This document shows positions 18,005 through 28,221 of a DNA stretch of 64,000 nucleotides, one piece after another. Source of the DNA: Patescibacteria group bacterium (lineage in GTDB: Bacteria; Patescibacteriota; UBA1384; XYA2-FULL-43-10; 1-14-0-10-43-13). The translations under genes were made by a program, and so were the position numbers. Below the pieces are notes generated by a model that saw only the letters and a program-made list of their open reading frames with translations, ran no database searches and was not told the DNA's origin. Numbering within the stretch: the first letter of the stretch is position 1; every line of letters starts with the position of its first letter. The DNA is taken from positions 337,217-401,216 of the forward strand of contig JBAZBD010000001.1 in the NCBI GenBank assembly GCA_041671645.1, in the 5' to 3' direction.

Positions 18005-18789
18005 TTGCCGATTTCTCCTTTGATTTTGTCGTATGCGAAGACTGGCCCGTCTTTGCAGACAAGATATTTGCCAATGCTACAATGTTGGCAGATGCCGATG
18101 CCGCACTCCATCCGCCTTTCGTATGAGATAAATATTTGATTGTCCTGGATCCCCTTCTTGGCCAATTCCTCGATGCAAAAAGGCACCATCACTTCTGGTC
18201 CGCAAATCAGCGCGACCGTCTTTTTGTGATTCAATTTTAGTTTTTCGATTCCATCAGTGATCAAACCCTTTTCGCCCCAGAAACGCTCTGTGGCGACTTC
18301 GGTCATTGCATGAACTTTAAATATTTTTGACCAGGATTTGAGATCATTTTCGAAAAGAAGATGCTCGGAACTTCGAAATCCTGCTACGACGGCGATATTT
18401 TTCTGATTCTTCTCCAGCATCGATGAGATAAGTGGTCGCAGGGGGACAAGGCCAAGACCACCAGCAATCATGACGATTTCTTTGCCTCGTAATTTTTCGA
18501 TCGGCCAGCCAATGCCATAAGGCCCTCGGACGCTCATCTCGTCTCCTGGCATGAGGTCGGCCAAATGATGAGAAGTCGAGCCGCAATTTCGGATACAAAT
18601 CTCAAAATATTTTTCATTGCTCGGTGATGAACAGGGAGCAAAAGTTGCTTCGCCAAAATGGTCTGAGGAGATTTCGACAATCTGGCCAGGCATGAATTTC
18701 AAATTGCCTCTGAGCCTGAAGAGGAAAGTCGAAGGCGCGACCTCGGTTTTTGCGGAGATAGTATATTTTTTTGAAGCAAAATTAAGCAT
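18001..18789 (-). CDS. hydG: Hydrogenase gamma subunit (FAD/NAD(P)-binding, 2Fe-2S)
   Basis: Ferredoxin-NADP reductase-like fold (GPYG, MIAGGLGLVPLRPL) with a C-terminal CGIGICQHC 2Fe-2S motif. Overlaps its neighbours. Confidence 0.8.
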   Translation of the reverse strand: MLNFASKKYTISAKTEVAPSTFLFRLRGNLKFMPGQIVEISSDHFGEATFAPCSSPSNEKYFEICIRNCGSTSHHLADLMPGDEMSVRGPYGIGWPIEKLRGKEIVMIAGGLGLVPLRPLISSMLEKNQKNIAVVAGFRSSEHLLFENDLKSWSKIFKVHAMTEVATERFWGEKGLITDGIEKLKLNHKKTVALICGPEVMVPFCIEELAKKGIQDNQIFISYERRMECGIGICQHCSIGKYLVCKDGPVFAYDKIKGEIGK

Positions 18790-19717
18790 TGTTTCCTAGG
18801 TCTTCCATTATTTTGTGTTGATTTAAGTGTGCTGGGCAGGCGGTGATACATCGGCCGCATCCGGTGCAGAGGAAATGGCCGCTTTTGTCATAAGCTCTGA
18901 CAAATTTGTGATGATACCAGTTATAAAGCCGATCTTTGTTCGTAGGCCGAAAATCATTGTGGTTTTGAATTTCGGAAAATGATTTGGCGAAACAGCTGTC
19001 CCAGCCAGCACATTTCTGGCAACTACCATCAGTTGGATTCCGATATTCTTTCTTGGTGCAAAAGCAAAGTGGGCATACGGCAGTGCAGGCGCCGCAACCG
19101 AAACAATTGTCACCGATACCCCGCCAAAACTCCTCTCGACTGGCCTTGTCGGCTACTGATTCATTTATTTTCTTCTTGTTCAGCTTTGTAACATTTTTGA
19201 GCACGATTTCGGGCGGTTCTTCATTGCTTTTCTTTTTCAGATGTTGGAGTTTCAGTATCTCTTTGCCCTTGGCGCTACCGGGGAAAAGTGCAAAATGATC
19301 GCCCTCTTTCTCGACAAAAAGATCAAAATTCTCGATTTTGCCTGGACCGAAGGCGGTGCAAAAGCAGTCTTTGTCGGGCTGGCAATGGTAAATAACGGTG
19401 AAAATCTCGCGAGGGAGCAAATCAGTTTGATCGAATTCCTTCCGAAATATCTGGAGCGCTTTGGCGTCGCAATTTGTGATCCCCCAAATCGCAATTTTCT
19501 CGTCCTTGAGAGTGGAGTCGAGCAGCCTTCCATTGGGATAGAGCAAGTTTTTGAATGGAATGATGCTTTTGGGTAGTGGCAGGGGAACATGATGAAAGTT
19601 TGTGAGTTCGCCAAACTCAAGCTTACCGTCAAGCTCTAAAGGCCCCCAAATCTTGTGCGTTTGCTTGATATAATGGAATATCTGGCTGAGCTGATGCTCA
19701 GAAACTAGGACTTTCAT
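18782..19717 (-). CDS. hydB: Hydrogenase beta subunit (Fe-S, AsrA-like)
   Basis: CFGCGACTAVCPLC and CTGCGRCITACP 4Fe-4S motifs. First gene of the hydBGDA operon. Confidence 0.8.
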   Translation of the reverse strand: MKVLVSEHQLSQIFHYIKQTHKIWGPLELDGKLEFGELTNFHHVPLPLPKSIIPFKNLLYPNGRLLDSTLKDEKIAIWGITNCDAKALQIFRKEFDQTDLLPREIFTVIYHCQPDKDCFCTAFGPGKIENFDLFVEKEGDHFALFPGSAKGKEILKLQHLKKKSNEEPPEIVLKNVTKLNKKKINESVADKASREEFWRGIGDNCFGCGACTAVCPLCFCTKKEYRNPTDGSCQKCAGWDSCFAKSFSEIQNHNDFRPTNKDRLYNWYHHKFVRAYDKSGHFLCTGCGRCITACPAHLNQHKIMEDLGNNA

Positions 19718-19833
19718 TTCCCGCTCCTTACTATTAACTTTATTTTACATTTTTTGATCTGTTTCAGCAATCAAATTTTGAAAGTTTGGCTTCATAGTGT
19801 TAAGATTTATTTAATTAATGTTTTGGAGCTAGA

Positions 19834-20955
19834 ATGCGTATTATTCAAGATGCGGATGTAAAAAACAAAAAAGTATTTCTTCGTGTGGATTTCAACGTTC
19901 CCTTGGCGGATGGAAAAGTAGTCGACAACAATAGAATTTTGGCAGCAGTCCCGACTATCCGAATGCTGGCCGAAAGCCGTGCCAAAATAATTATTGGCAC
20001 CCATATCGGTCGACCTGACGGGCAGAAAACAGCCGAAACTTCAGTCTTGCCGGCGGCCAAGGAATTGCAAAGGATTCTCAATCTGAAAGTCGAAGTTGCT
20101 CCTGATATTTTGGGCCCGGAGACGGAGAAGATGGTAGCCAATTTGAAGCCAGGCGGAATATTGGTCTTGGAAAATTTGCGCTGGGACAAGCGGGAAGAGG
20201 AGAATGCCCCAGAATTTGCACAGGAATTGGCCAAATATGGCGAAATCTACGTCAACGACGCCTTTGCTGTCTCGCATCGTGCCAATGCCTCAGTCGAAGC
20301 AATTACGAAATTATTGCCAAGTTATGCAGGACTCTTGCTTCAATCAGAAGTTTCTCATCTCGAGCTCTTGATTCAGGATCCGAAGCACCCTTTCACCGTC
20401 ATTATCGGCGGGGTCAAGGTGAAGGACAAGGCGGGCGTGATTGAGAGATTAGCCCCGTTAGCTGAAGATATCCTGATCGGCGGAGGAGTGGCTACCACTT
20501 TTCTAAAAGCACGAGGTGAAGAAATCGGCCAATCAATATTTGATGCGGAAATGGTAGAAGAGTGCAAGAAATTGCTCGAGAAACTCGGTGGTAAGCTCAA
20601 ATTACCATCTGATTTTGTCAAAGAGGAGACGCCTGAAGGCGGATTCAAAATTATGGATATCGGACCTGCTACGGCCAGAGATTTTTCTTCGATTATTCAA
20701 CGCTCAGAGACGATTCTCTGGAACGGCAGTCTCGGTTATAGCGAGGATTTGCGTTATCGCGAGGGCATGAAAATAGTGGCCAAGGCGATGGGGATGAACA
20801 GGGACGCTACGACAGTGGTGGCTGGCGGCGATACGGTCGGATTTATCAAACAGGAAAAGCTAGATAAGGGAATTTCCTTCATCTCAACCGGCGGAGGCGC
20901 AGCACTAGAATTCCTTGCAGGTGAACAATTGCCAGGAATTACAGCACTCGAATAA
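19834..20955 (+). CDS. pgk: Phosphoglycerate kinase
   Basis: VFLRVDFNVPL N-terminus and Pgk hinge and C-domain motifs (GGGVA, GGGA). Confidence 0.95.
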   Translation: MRIIQDADVKNKKVFLRVDFNVPLADGKVVDNNRILAAVPTIRMLAESRAKIIIGTHIGRPDGQKTAETSVLPAAKELQRILNLKVEVAPDILGPETEKMVANLKPGGILVLENLRWDKREEENAPEFAQELAKYGEIYVNDAFAVSHRANASVEAITKLLPSYAGLLLQSEVSHLELLIQDPKHPFTVIIGGVKVKDKAGVIERLAPLAEDILIGGGVATTFLKARGEEIGQSIFDAEMVEECKKLLEKLGGKLKLPSDFVKEETPEGGFKIMDIGPATARDFSSIIQRSETILWNGSLGYSEDLRYREGMKIVAKAMGMNRDATTVVAGGDTVGFIKQEKLDKGISFISTGGGAALEFLAGEQLPGITALE

Positions 20956-20971
20956 TTATTTGGGGAGGGAT

Positions 20972-21787
20972 GTGACAGACGTTTCTATAGAATTAAACAA
21001 AGCACGACGGGGCGGATACGCCTTGCCGGCTTTTAATACCAACAATATGGAGGTGACCAAGGCAATTTGCGCTGCCGCCGCCAAGTCTGACTTACCGATC
21101 TTGATCGCTACTACTCCGGGCGCGATAGAATATGCAGGACTGAAAAATATATTTGATATTGTCTCAAATGAGATCGATTCAACCGGCATCAAGGCGGCGA
21201 TTCATCTCGACCATGCCAAGGATTTTGGTATCATCAAGCAGGCGATCGATATTGGCTATAAATCCGTGATGTTTGATGGCTCGTCACTAGACTACGATGA
21301 AAATGTCGCAAATACTGAAAAAGTTGTCCGTTATGCCCATGAACATAATGTAGCAGTAGAAGCGGAAATTGGCGTAATTGCCCGCGAAGAGGGCGGTAAA
21401 TTATCAAACAAGGCAGTCTATTCCGCTCCAGAACAGGTCAAAAGGTTTGTCGACGATACAGGGATCGATTCGGTGGCAATATCGGTCGGCAATGAGCATG
21501 GCGCGCCTGTCGGAGAAAAACTAAATCTAGAATTACTTCGTCAAATCGCAGAGATTGTCGAGATCCCGCTCGTCCTTCATGGTTCGTCTGGACTCTCCTC
21601 TGGCGATGTTCGCGAGGCGATTTCGCTAGGAATTGCCAAGATCAATATTGATACCAACATCCGCAAAGCCTTCGTCTCGGCAATCGAATCGTCAAAGGAG
21701 TCAGATTATCGTAACGTGATGAAGGAGGGCATGGAAGAGGTCGAGAAGGTCGTGGAGCACTATATTAAATTACTTGGTGGCAAATGA
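20972..21787 (+). CDS. fba: Class II fructose-bisphosphate aldolase
   Basis: GYALPAFN, AIHLDHA and EAEIG motifs. Start reassigned to the GTG at 20972 after RBS ggggaggg (the track ORF overlaps the pgk 3' end). Confidence 0.85.
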   Translation: MTDVSIELNKARRGGYALPAFNTNNMEVTKAICAAAAKSDLPILIATTPGAIEYAGLKNIFDIVSNEIDSTGIKAAIHLDHAKDFGIIKQAIDIGYKSVMFDGSSLDYDENVANTEKVVRYAHEHNVAVEAEIGVIAREEGGKLSNKAVYSAPEQVKRFVDDTGIDSVAISVGNEHGAPVGEKLNLELLRQIAEIVEIPLVLHGSSGLSSGDVREAISLGIAKINIDTNIRKAFVSAIESSKESDYRNVMKEGMEEVEKVVEHYIKLLGGK

Positions 21788-22713
21788 AATATGATGTTGT
21801 GACAATTGGGGACGCGCTGGAAGATATATTCGTCAGCCCGAAACTAGACTCGAGATACGAGCGATCTTTTGGCTCGGGCAAAGGAATATGTTTTGAATTG
21901 GGCGAGAAGATCCCGCTCGAATGGGCGGAGCATCAAGTCGGTGGGTCGGCTTGCAACGTGGCCGTTGGCTTGGCAAGACTCGGGCTAAATTCTGCCGTCT
22001 GCACAACACTAGGCAAAGACGCGCCGGAGAAGAGAATCATGGAAGTTTTGGAGGATGAAGTCGTGGACACCGATTTGGTCAGGATAAATTCGGAGGCCAA
22101 GACTGGTTTCTCCGTCATTTTTTCGATCGATGGCGACCGAACGATCTTCGTCTATCATTCGACTGGAAAGATAGAAATTCCGCGTGATCTCTCGACCGAT
22201 TGGCTTTTCGTCGGTCCCCTACCTGAGGATTCAGAAAGTGTTGAGAAGCAGATTACGACTTTGGTCTCAGAAAAAAATATCAAATTGGCTTGGAATCCTG
22301 GTTCTCATCAGATTGCTCGAAAAGCGATTCATTACAAAAACTTATTACGCCTAACCTCAATTCTGTTCCTAAACAAAGACGAGGCGATTGATTTCCTAAA
22401 TTGTTCGATCAAGCCTTCTTGGGAAGATGCGCTTCGTCGACTGGCCGATTTTGGCCCCAAAATTATTGTGATCACCAACGGCAAAGAGGGCGTCAGGGCT
22501 TATGATGGCAAAGAAACTTATAGCGTAAATGCAGAGAAAAACGTCAAAGTTCTTGATTCTACCGGCGCTGGCGATGCCTTTGCTACAGCTTTCCTGGCTA
22601 GAATGATACAAGATCCAGAAAATATAGAGCTCGCCTTGAAGCAGGGGATCGAGAATTCGACCTCGGTAATCCGAAAAATCGGTGCTCAGACCGGGCTGCT
22701 CAGACGCTTCTAG
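21784..22713 (+). CDS. PfkB-family carbohydrate kinase (possible phosphofructokinase substitute)
   Basis: N-terminal VVTIGDALEDIF and C-terminal DSTGAGDAF motifs of the ribokinase/PfkB superfamily. Glycolytic neighbours. Confidence 0.75.
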   Translation: MKYDVVTIGDALEDIFVSPKLDSRYERSFGSGKGICFELGEKIPLEWAEHQVGGSACNVAVGLARLGLNSAVCTTLGKDAPEKRIMEVLEDEVVDTDLVRINSEAKTGFSVIFSIDGDRTIFVYHSTGKIEIPRDLSTDWLFVGPLPEDSESVEKQITTLVSEKNIKLAWNPGSHQIARKAIHYKNLLRLTSILFLNKDEAIDFLNCSIKPSWEDALRRLADFGPKIIVITNGKEGVRAYDGKETYSVNAEKNVKVLDSTGAGDAFATAFLARMIQDPENIELALKQGIENSTSVIRKIGAQTGLLRRF

Positions 22714-22836
22714 AACTAAATTATTTTCGATAAATAGAGACTATAGATGGTCGTCTTACTTGCAAGATGGCCGTTTTTGTGGTATAAAACAGTCAATCAT
22801 TAGAAAAATGAAATTCTATTTTCGGGGGTTTTCCTT

Positions 22837-23406
22837 ATGATAGCTGTATCCAATCTTCCTTCTAAATTGGTCGAAAAATTGACTACATTCGACTCTGAAG
22901 TGATGTTGACGAGATGGGAACTTAGAGATATCTTCCCGCACCGGGCGCACGCTTTGGTTGCGACTCGGGCGCTCATCTCCCCATGGGAGTCGCGCTTGAT
23001 TCTTGAGCCGAAAGATTTCGGACCATTTCTTACAGGGCATTTTCCGGGACAGCCAGTTTTTCCAATGCACTGGATGATGGAAATGTCAGCCGAGGCGGCA
23101 GGACTGGCCGCCCTCAGGGTAATGCTCTGTGAGCACCCAGAAAAGGTTGCTGACAATAGAGTTGTATTACAGCAGAGCTTGGGGATCTGGGATAGGCCTC
23201 CGCTGATGGTTAATCTTAACCATCCAGATGGCCTCATTGTGCTCGCACGTTATCTTGATGTAAATCTCGAGGTAAATAAAAATGCGAGCTATACAGCAAA
23301 GACGTGGCTATATAACGGTAAATATCATTCTTCGATTTCGGAGATTAAAGCTCGTCTTTGTAGCGAGAAGTCTCTCGAAAAGATGGTAGTCAGGATGTCT
23401 AAGTAA
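22837..23406 (+). CDS. Hotdog-fold (FabZ/MaoC-like) dehydratase domain protein
   Basis: GHFPGQPVFPMHWMMEMSAEAAG resembles the FabZ GHFPG.PV.PG active-site region. Confidence 0.55.
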   Translation: MIAVSNLPSKLVEKLTTFDSEVMLTRWELRDIFPHRAHALVATRALISPWESRLILEPKDFGPFLTGHFPGQPVFPMHWMMEMSAEAAGLAALRVMLCEHPEKVADNRVVLQQSLGIWDRPPLMVNLNHPDGLIVLARYLDVNLEVNKNASYTAKTWLYNGKYHSSISEIKARLCSEKSLEKMVVRMSK

Positions 23407-23535
23407 CAATTTTTCTTGGCCGACCCTCGTATGGGCCGGCTTTTTATGTCTTTAAAATGAGCACAGGTTGTGATATCGTAAGCTTTGATTATAAATAACA
23501 AGATCCCCGTTTGCACGGGGATGACATAGGAGAAT

Positions 23536-24735
23536 ATGAGCTCAAAAATTGAGAAACTAAAGGGTGGCAAAGTTAAATTCAAGATTGTAGTCGAACCGGC
23601 TGAAATGGTCAAATATTTCAACCAGGCTTTCGAGAAAATTGCTCCAGAAGTGAAATTACCAGGTTTTCGTCCGGGCAAGGCTCCTCGTCCGCTTGTCGAA
23701 TCATCTGTCGGGGTCTCGAGAATTATCTCTGACGCTCTAGATATTGCGGTCAACCACAGCTATTACCAGGCCTTGACTGAGCACGAGGTTTCTCCGATCA
23801 CTGAGCCAAGTGTGGTAATCGATAAATATCCAACCTACGGCGCGACCGAGGCAGAAGTCAAAGAGAATCTCGAATATACGATCGAAGTAGCAGTATTTCC
23901 AGAGGTCAAAGTCGGAGATTATTCGAAACTCAAGATTGAGTTACCAAAAAAAGAGGAAGCCAAAGAGGAAGATATCCAGAAAATCCTCGACAATTTGCTG
24001 AAGCAAAAAGCCAACTTCAAGGAAGTCGATCGGGCGGCTGAGAAGGGCGATTTCGTTGAATTGACCTACGAAGGAACACTCAAAGGAGTCCGAATTGACG
24101 CAATGTGCTCCAAGAATCATCCGATGGTATTGGGCGAAGGCACATTGATCCCAGGATTTGAAGAGGAAGTCGTCGGCATGAAAAAGGCCGAGAAGAAGAC
24201 TTTCAAGATCAAATTCCCAAAGGATTATCACTCCAAAGAGTACGCTGGCAAAGACGCTGAGTTTACGGTAGAGCTTTTCAATCTCAAAGAAGTTGTCTTA
24301 CCAAAGCTGGACAATGAATTTTCGATGGGATTTGGCGAGAAGACGCCAACAGATTTGAAGAAAGCGATCAAGAAGAATCTAGAACACGAAATTGAGCACA
24401 AACATGAGAGCGAAGTCGAGATGAAAGCGATCGATAAGGTCTTGCCGCTTGTCCATGTCGAGATTCCAGAAGCGATGATTGACCGTGAGACGGCCAGAAT
24501 GCTCGCCGATTACAGAGGCCAACTTGAGAAAATGGGTATGACCTTCGAATCTTACCTCGAAAGTCTGAAGAAGACGGAGGCAGATCTACGCAAGGATTTC
24601 GGCAAAACAGCTGAGAAAAACGTCAAAGTCGGACTCCTGATCGGTCATCTGATCAAAGAGCTTGGGCTTGATCCAGGCGATCAGGGTTCTGGCAAGAAAG
24701 CGATCGAGAAATTGGTCAAGGAATTGACCAAATAA
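23536..24735 (+). CDS. tig: Trigger factor
   Basis: N-terminal ribosome-binding domain with the GFRPGKAP signature, a PPIase-like middle and a C-terminal arm. Classic position upstream of clpP. Confidence 0.9.
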   Translation: MSSKIEKLKGGKVKFKIVVEPAEMVKYFNQAFEKIAPEVKLPGFRPGKAPRPLVESSVGVSRIISDALDIAVNHSYYQALTEHEVSPITEPSVVIDKYPTYGATEAEVKENLEYTIEVAVFPEVKVGDYSKLKIELPKKEEAKEEDIQKILDNLLKQKANFKEVDRAAEKGDFVELTYEGTLKGVRIDAMCSKNHPMVLGEGTLIPGFEEEVVGMKKAEKKTFKIKFPKDYHSKEYAGKDAEFTVELFNLKEVVLPKLDNEFSMGFGEKTPTDLKKAIKKNLEHEIEHKHESEVEMKAIDKVLPLVHVEIPEAMIDRETARMLADYRGQLEKMGMTFESYLESLKKTEADLRKDFGKTAEKNVKVGLLIGHLIKELGLDPGDQGSGKKAIEKLVKELTK

Positions 24736-24835
24736 CTTTGACTTGAAGCGACATATATTGTATAAGAAGATCAGCTGACCATAATGGTTAGCTGATTTTT
24801 GATAGCGTCAGATGACGTTTCGGAGGTTGCATGCA

Positions 24836-26026
24836 ATGGGGATTTCATTTTTCCAAAAGATTGCAGCAGTTACAGTAATCTCGGAGAAAAATTTCTTATC
24901 GAGGATCGCAGTAATTGCAGAAACCTTGCCGAAAGATAGGTACAAGAGCGGTGTTGGGGTTGTGGTCGGCGAGACGGTATCTGCGGCGATGGAACATCAT
25001 TTGCATGTGACATTGATCGGGCCGAGCGCGACAGACCAAACTTGTGATAAGAGAATTACTGTGCCGTGCATTCGGCCAGTTAGGAATTATCCATCAACAT
25101 TTCCCTTCCTTATCTTTTGGACTTTCGCATTGTACAACGCATTGCAGGAAGTCCAGCTCGTTCATATACACTCGGTAACTCCTTTGAGTGTATGGTCGAT
25201 TGTGATTCTGTCTATGATGAAGAATCGACCAAAAGTTGTGTTCCATCTGCATACAGATTTTAGCCAGTATCTGGCGGCCTGGATCGGATGGAAATTGTTG
25301 CGAGATATCGCGATAAACCTGACAGCATCAGTGACCAGATTTTGTTGCAACAGAGCAGACAAGATTTTGGCTCCTTCGGCTTTCTTCGCAAAGAAGATGA
25401 AGCGAGAGCTCAAACTAGATAGAAATATCGAAGTTTGGTCTTCGCCAATTACTTTGCCAGAGATCGAAGCTGAGGTGAAGGTTCCTCAAGGACCTTACAT
25501 CGTTTGTGCTTGTAGGGTGGGAGATGAGAAGAATATTGTTCATCTTTTCAAAGTGCTTACTTTTCTATCGAAGGAAATTAGCTTGGTTATTGTCGGTGGC
25601 GGCGAGATCAAGCGGTACAAGAAAATCATTGCCGAAAAGTGGCCGAAATTAGAAAAAAGAATAATATTTACTGGTGCAGTCAGCCGTGTTGAATTGCTGG
25701 CTTATTGCCGAAAGGCACTTTGCTTTGTCTTCGGATCCAAGACCGAGACACAAGGGCTGACTGTCTTCGAGGCACTGGCGATGCGCATACCCGCGTTCGT
25801 AATGAAGGGGTATTGCTTCGACGACTTGCTGTCTGATTGCGAAGATGTCTCTCTGCTTCCCGATGACCCAGAAGCATGGGCGGCGGCGATCAGTATGTTT
25901 ATGTACGATCGCAGTTTGGCCAAGATTGCTGGCAATGAAGGCGCCAAACTGGTAGAGGAGAAGCTTTCGTCCCGAGTCCAGAGGAAGAGATTGGTAACTA
26001 TTTACCGCCTTCTTCACTCTGAATAA
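24836..26026 (+). CDS. Glycosyltransferase family 1 (GT4-like)
   Basis: C-terminal E..FG...EA.A...P motif (FGSKTETQGLTVFEALAMRIPAF). The start is uncertain (24812 or 24836 after RBS cggagg). Confidence 0.7.
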   Translation: MGISFFQKIAAVTVISEKNFLSRIAVIAETLPKDRYKSGVGVVVGETVSAAMEHHLHVTLIGPSATDQTCDKRITVPCIRPVRNYPSTFPFLIFWTFALYNALQEVQLVHIHSVTPLSVWSIVILSMMKNRPKVVFHLHTDFSQYLAAWIGWKLLRDIAINLTASVTRFCCNRADKILAPSAFFAKKMKRELKLDRNIEVWSSPITLPEIEAEVKVPQGPYIVCACRVGDEKNIVHLFKVLTFLSKEISLVIVGGGEIKRYKKIIAEKWPKLEKRIIFTGAVSRVELLAYCRKALCFVFGSKTETQGLTVFEALAMRIPAFVMKGYCFDDLLSDCEDVSLLPDDPEAWAAAISMFMYDRSLAKIAGNEGAKLVEEKLSSRVQRKRLVTIYRLLHSE

Positions 26027-26028
26027 CT

Positions 26029-26066
26029 TGTATGTGGTCGGCTCTGCCGGCCACATACAAAAACAT
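26029..26066 (+). terminator. Intrinsic terminator
   Basis: ttgtatgtggtcggc..gccggccacatacaa near-perfect 15 bp stem, then AAAAA. Confidence 0.65.
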
Positions 26067-26127
26067 TGATAACAAACTTGTGAATTGATATATAATAGAG
26101 AGACCAAGATAATACGAAGGAAACGAT

Positions 26128-26706
26128 ATGAGCTATTTAATTCCAACAGTGATAGAGAAGACAATGCAGGGCGAGCGAGCCTACGATATTTATTCAAGAC
26201 TTCTGAAGGACAGAATTATTTTTTTGGGTGGACCGGTAGATGATGATGTTGCTAATCTGATCATCGCTCAGCTTCTTTTCCTTGAGGCAGAGGACCAGAA
26301 GAAGGATATTACGATGTATATTAATTCGCCCGGAGGCTCGGTTTATTCAGGAATGGCGATTTATGACACAATGCAATATCTGAAGCCAAATGTATCGACT
26401 GTCGCAGTAGGAATGGCCGCTTCTATGGCCGCTTTCTTGCTCGCAGGAGGGGAGAAGGGCAAACGTTTTTCACTGCCAAATTCACGTATTTTGATTCATC
26501 AGCCAATGGGCGGGACACAGGGTCAAGCTTCTGACATCAAGATTCAAGCTGAAGAAATTCTCAAGATTCGTGAGGAAATCAACAAAATTTTGTCCAAAAA
26601 TACAGGACAACCACTCGACAAAGTGGCCAAGGATACAGATCGCGACTTCTACATGCGTGCCGATGAAGCGGTCAAATATGGAATTATCGATAAAGTGATC
26701 AAATAG
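26128..26706 (+). CDS. clpP: ATP-dependent Clp protease proteolytic subunit
   Basis: YINSPGGSV, catalytic Ser in [11 protein letters not shown] and His in ILIHQPMGG. Confidence 0.95.
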   Translation: MSYLIPTVIEKTMQGERAYDIYSRLLKDRIIFLGGPVDDDVANLIIAQLLFLEAEDQKKDITMYINSPGGSVYSGMAIYDTMQYLKPNVSTVAVGMAASMAAFLLAGGEKGKRFSLPNSRILIHQPMGGTQGQASDIKIQAEEILKIREEINKILSKNTGQPLDKVAKDTDRDFYMRADEAVKYGIIDKVIK

Positions 26707-26809
26707 CACTTGAGGCCGAAAGTACTAGAATGTTTTCTTGAACGGAGTGAATAATCGTGAACCGGTTCTTCACTTAATTCAAGACGACAAATCTTGAAGG
26801 GGGGCGCAA

Positions 26810-27187
26810 ATGTGCTTAATTAACTTCCAACAGCTTCGCGATGGAGCTACGAACAAAATCGAAATTATGTTAGAAAAGCTGAAACCGCACGAAGGTTTTA
26901 GCTGGGCCATCGATGATGACCCTTCGATCCCACTCGATTCGATTCGAGTATGTGTTACGGAAAAGTTTCCGTCAGAGAAGGAACATGAACGCGATAAGGT
27001 TATCGTATATGACATGGTGTTCCCTGCCCGTGAAAAGTTATCGAGCGGAGAAATTTGCGAGATTTATCTTGAATCGACAAATTGGTTGGCAGGATTGCCC
27101 GACCGAAGACATTTTCATCAAATCGATTGGAACGCGCTGATCGAGTTCGAAGGCGAGCCTGCGGGCTCAAAGAAAAAACAGGATTAA
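26810..27187 (+). CDS. Hypothetical protein (125 aa)
   Basis: RBS aagggggg. A clean terminator follows at 27197..27228 (gtggcgctag..ctagcgccac plus T-run). Confidence 0.5.
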   Translation: MCLINFQQLRDGATNKIEIMLEKLKPHEGFSWAIDDDPSIPLDSIRVCVTEKFPSEKEHERDKVIVYDMVFPAREKLSSGEICEIYLESTNWLAGLPDRRHFHQIDWNALIEFEGEPAGSKKKQD

Positions 27188-27252
27188 AAGTTGTTCGTGG
27201 CGCTAGTAGGTCTAGCGCCACTTTTTATTTTCTGCTACCTGGTTCAACCGAT

Positions 27253-28221
27253 CTAGAGAAGCCAGCTTTTGGCTCTTTTTTTCATCTTCAAATTATTGAT
27301 AATATTCGCGAAGCTTGGGTTGTCTTTGTTTGTCAAAATTATATTTTTAAAATCCTGATTCAATTCCTCGTAATTTGATGCGGCTCGAAACAATTGGTAG
27401 TCTGGATCAGTGTATTTGCCATCTTTATCTTTTTGATTGTGAATTGTTTGCAATCCATCCATTGCAAAGGCCAGTGCACCAGCCGCTAAATACGAAAGAG
27501 AGCGGGTTTTGTCATCAAATCTTGCACCATTATCTTTCCAAATTTTCATCAATGGCACATAAATGTTTTCCAGGAGATCTTTTTCTTTTGCTACTTGTGT
27601 TATATCAATATTGACCCCGAATCTTCTGTCTTGAGAGGCAATCAATTCAAGTGCGCGGTTGAAATCAGTGATGTTATTGTCTTTTGACGCTGGGTCTTTT
27701 GCAATCCATTCGGCATATTTTGCTGTTTCAGATAATATCTTCTTGTATTCTCTCGTGCCGTCGTATGGGAGTTCTGCGAGTGTCTTTATGGTGTCCATCT
27801 CTGGCTCAGGACCTCGGTTAACTTTTTCTTTTGTAGGGGTGCTCGTCGCAACTTTCTCAGCTGGAGTGTTTCCCGGTGAATCAGTATTTAAGTTAGTAGA
27901 GTTCTGCCGACGTTCTGCCGCCAGTTTTTGGAGCTCCTCTCGAGACAAAAATCTATTTGAGGCGTCTGGACTCGGAGGTGTGTTGTTCGGCTTATTTATT
28001 GTTGTGTTATCTATTACTTCTCGCCATTCTTCGATATTCTCTTCATCATCTGCTTCGCTTTTTGCTCTGATCTGAGCGTTTAGCCGACGTTCTTCCGCCA
28101 TTTCCTGGAGCTCCTCTGGAGCCAAGAATCTTTTTGAATTATCTGGCTTGTTCGATTCAGCCAAAGGCTGTTTCTTGTCGTCTTCAAACATTCCTTTTTC
28201 ACCGCTACGCCATATGGGCAT
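27253..28221 (-). CDS. Hypothetical protein with internal RFLxxEELQxxAxERR repeats
   Basis: Start reassigned to MPIWRSG at 28221 (the track ORF overlaps the nif3-like gene). Low-complexity N-terminal half carrying a roughly 180 bp-spaced direct repeat. Globular C-terminal half. Confidence 0.5.
   Translation of the reverse strand: MPIWRSGEKGMFEDDKKQPLAESNKPDNSKRFLAPEELQEMAEERRLNAQIRAKSEADDEENIEEWREVIDNTTINKPNNTPPSPDASNRFLSREELQKLAAERRQNSTNLNTDSPGNTPAEKVATSTPTKEKVNRGPEPEMDTIKTLAELPYDGTREYKKILSETAKYAEWIAKDPASKDNNITDFNRALELIASQDRRFGVNIDITQVAKEKDLLENIYVPLMKIWKDNGARFDDKTRSLSYLAAGALAFAMDGLQTIHNQKDKDGKYTDPDYQLFRAASNYEELNQDFKNIILTNKDNPSFANIINNLKMKKRAKSWLL

Noticed and set aside
23400-23440. Possible terminator after the hotdog-fold gene (ggccgaccctcgtatgggccggcttttt)
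   Set aside because: The stem is imperfect (4-6 bp with mismatches). Too weak to list as a feature.
25649-26197. 182-aa minus-strand ORF spanning the glycosyltransferase 3' end, a terminator and the clpP start
   Set aside because: It crosses a strong intrinsic terminator and two well-supported plus-strand genes. Spurious.
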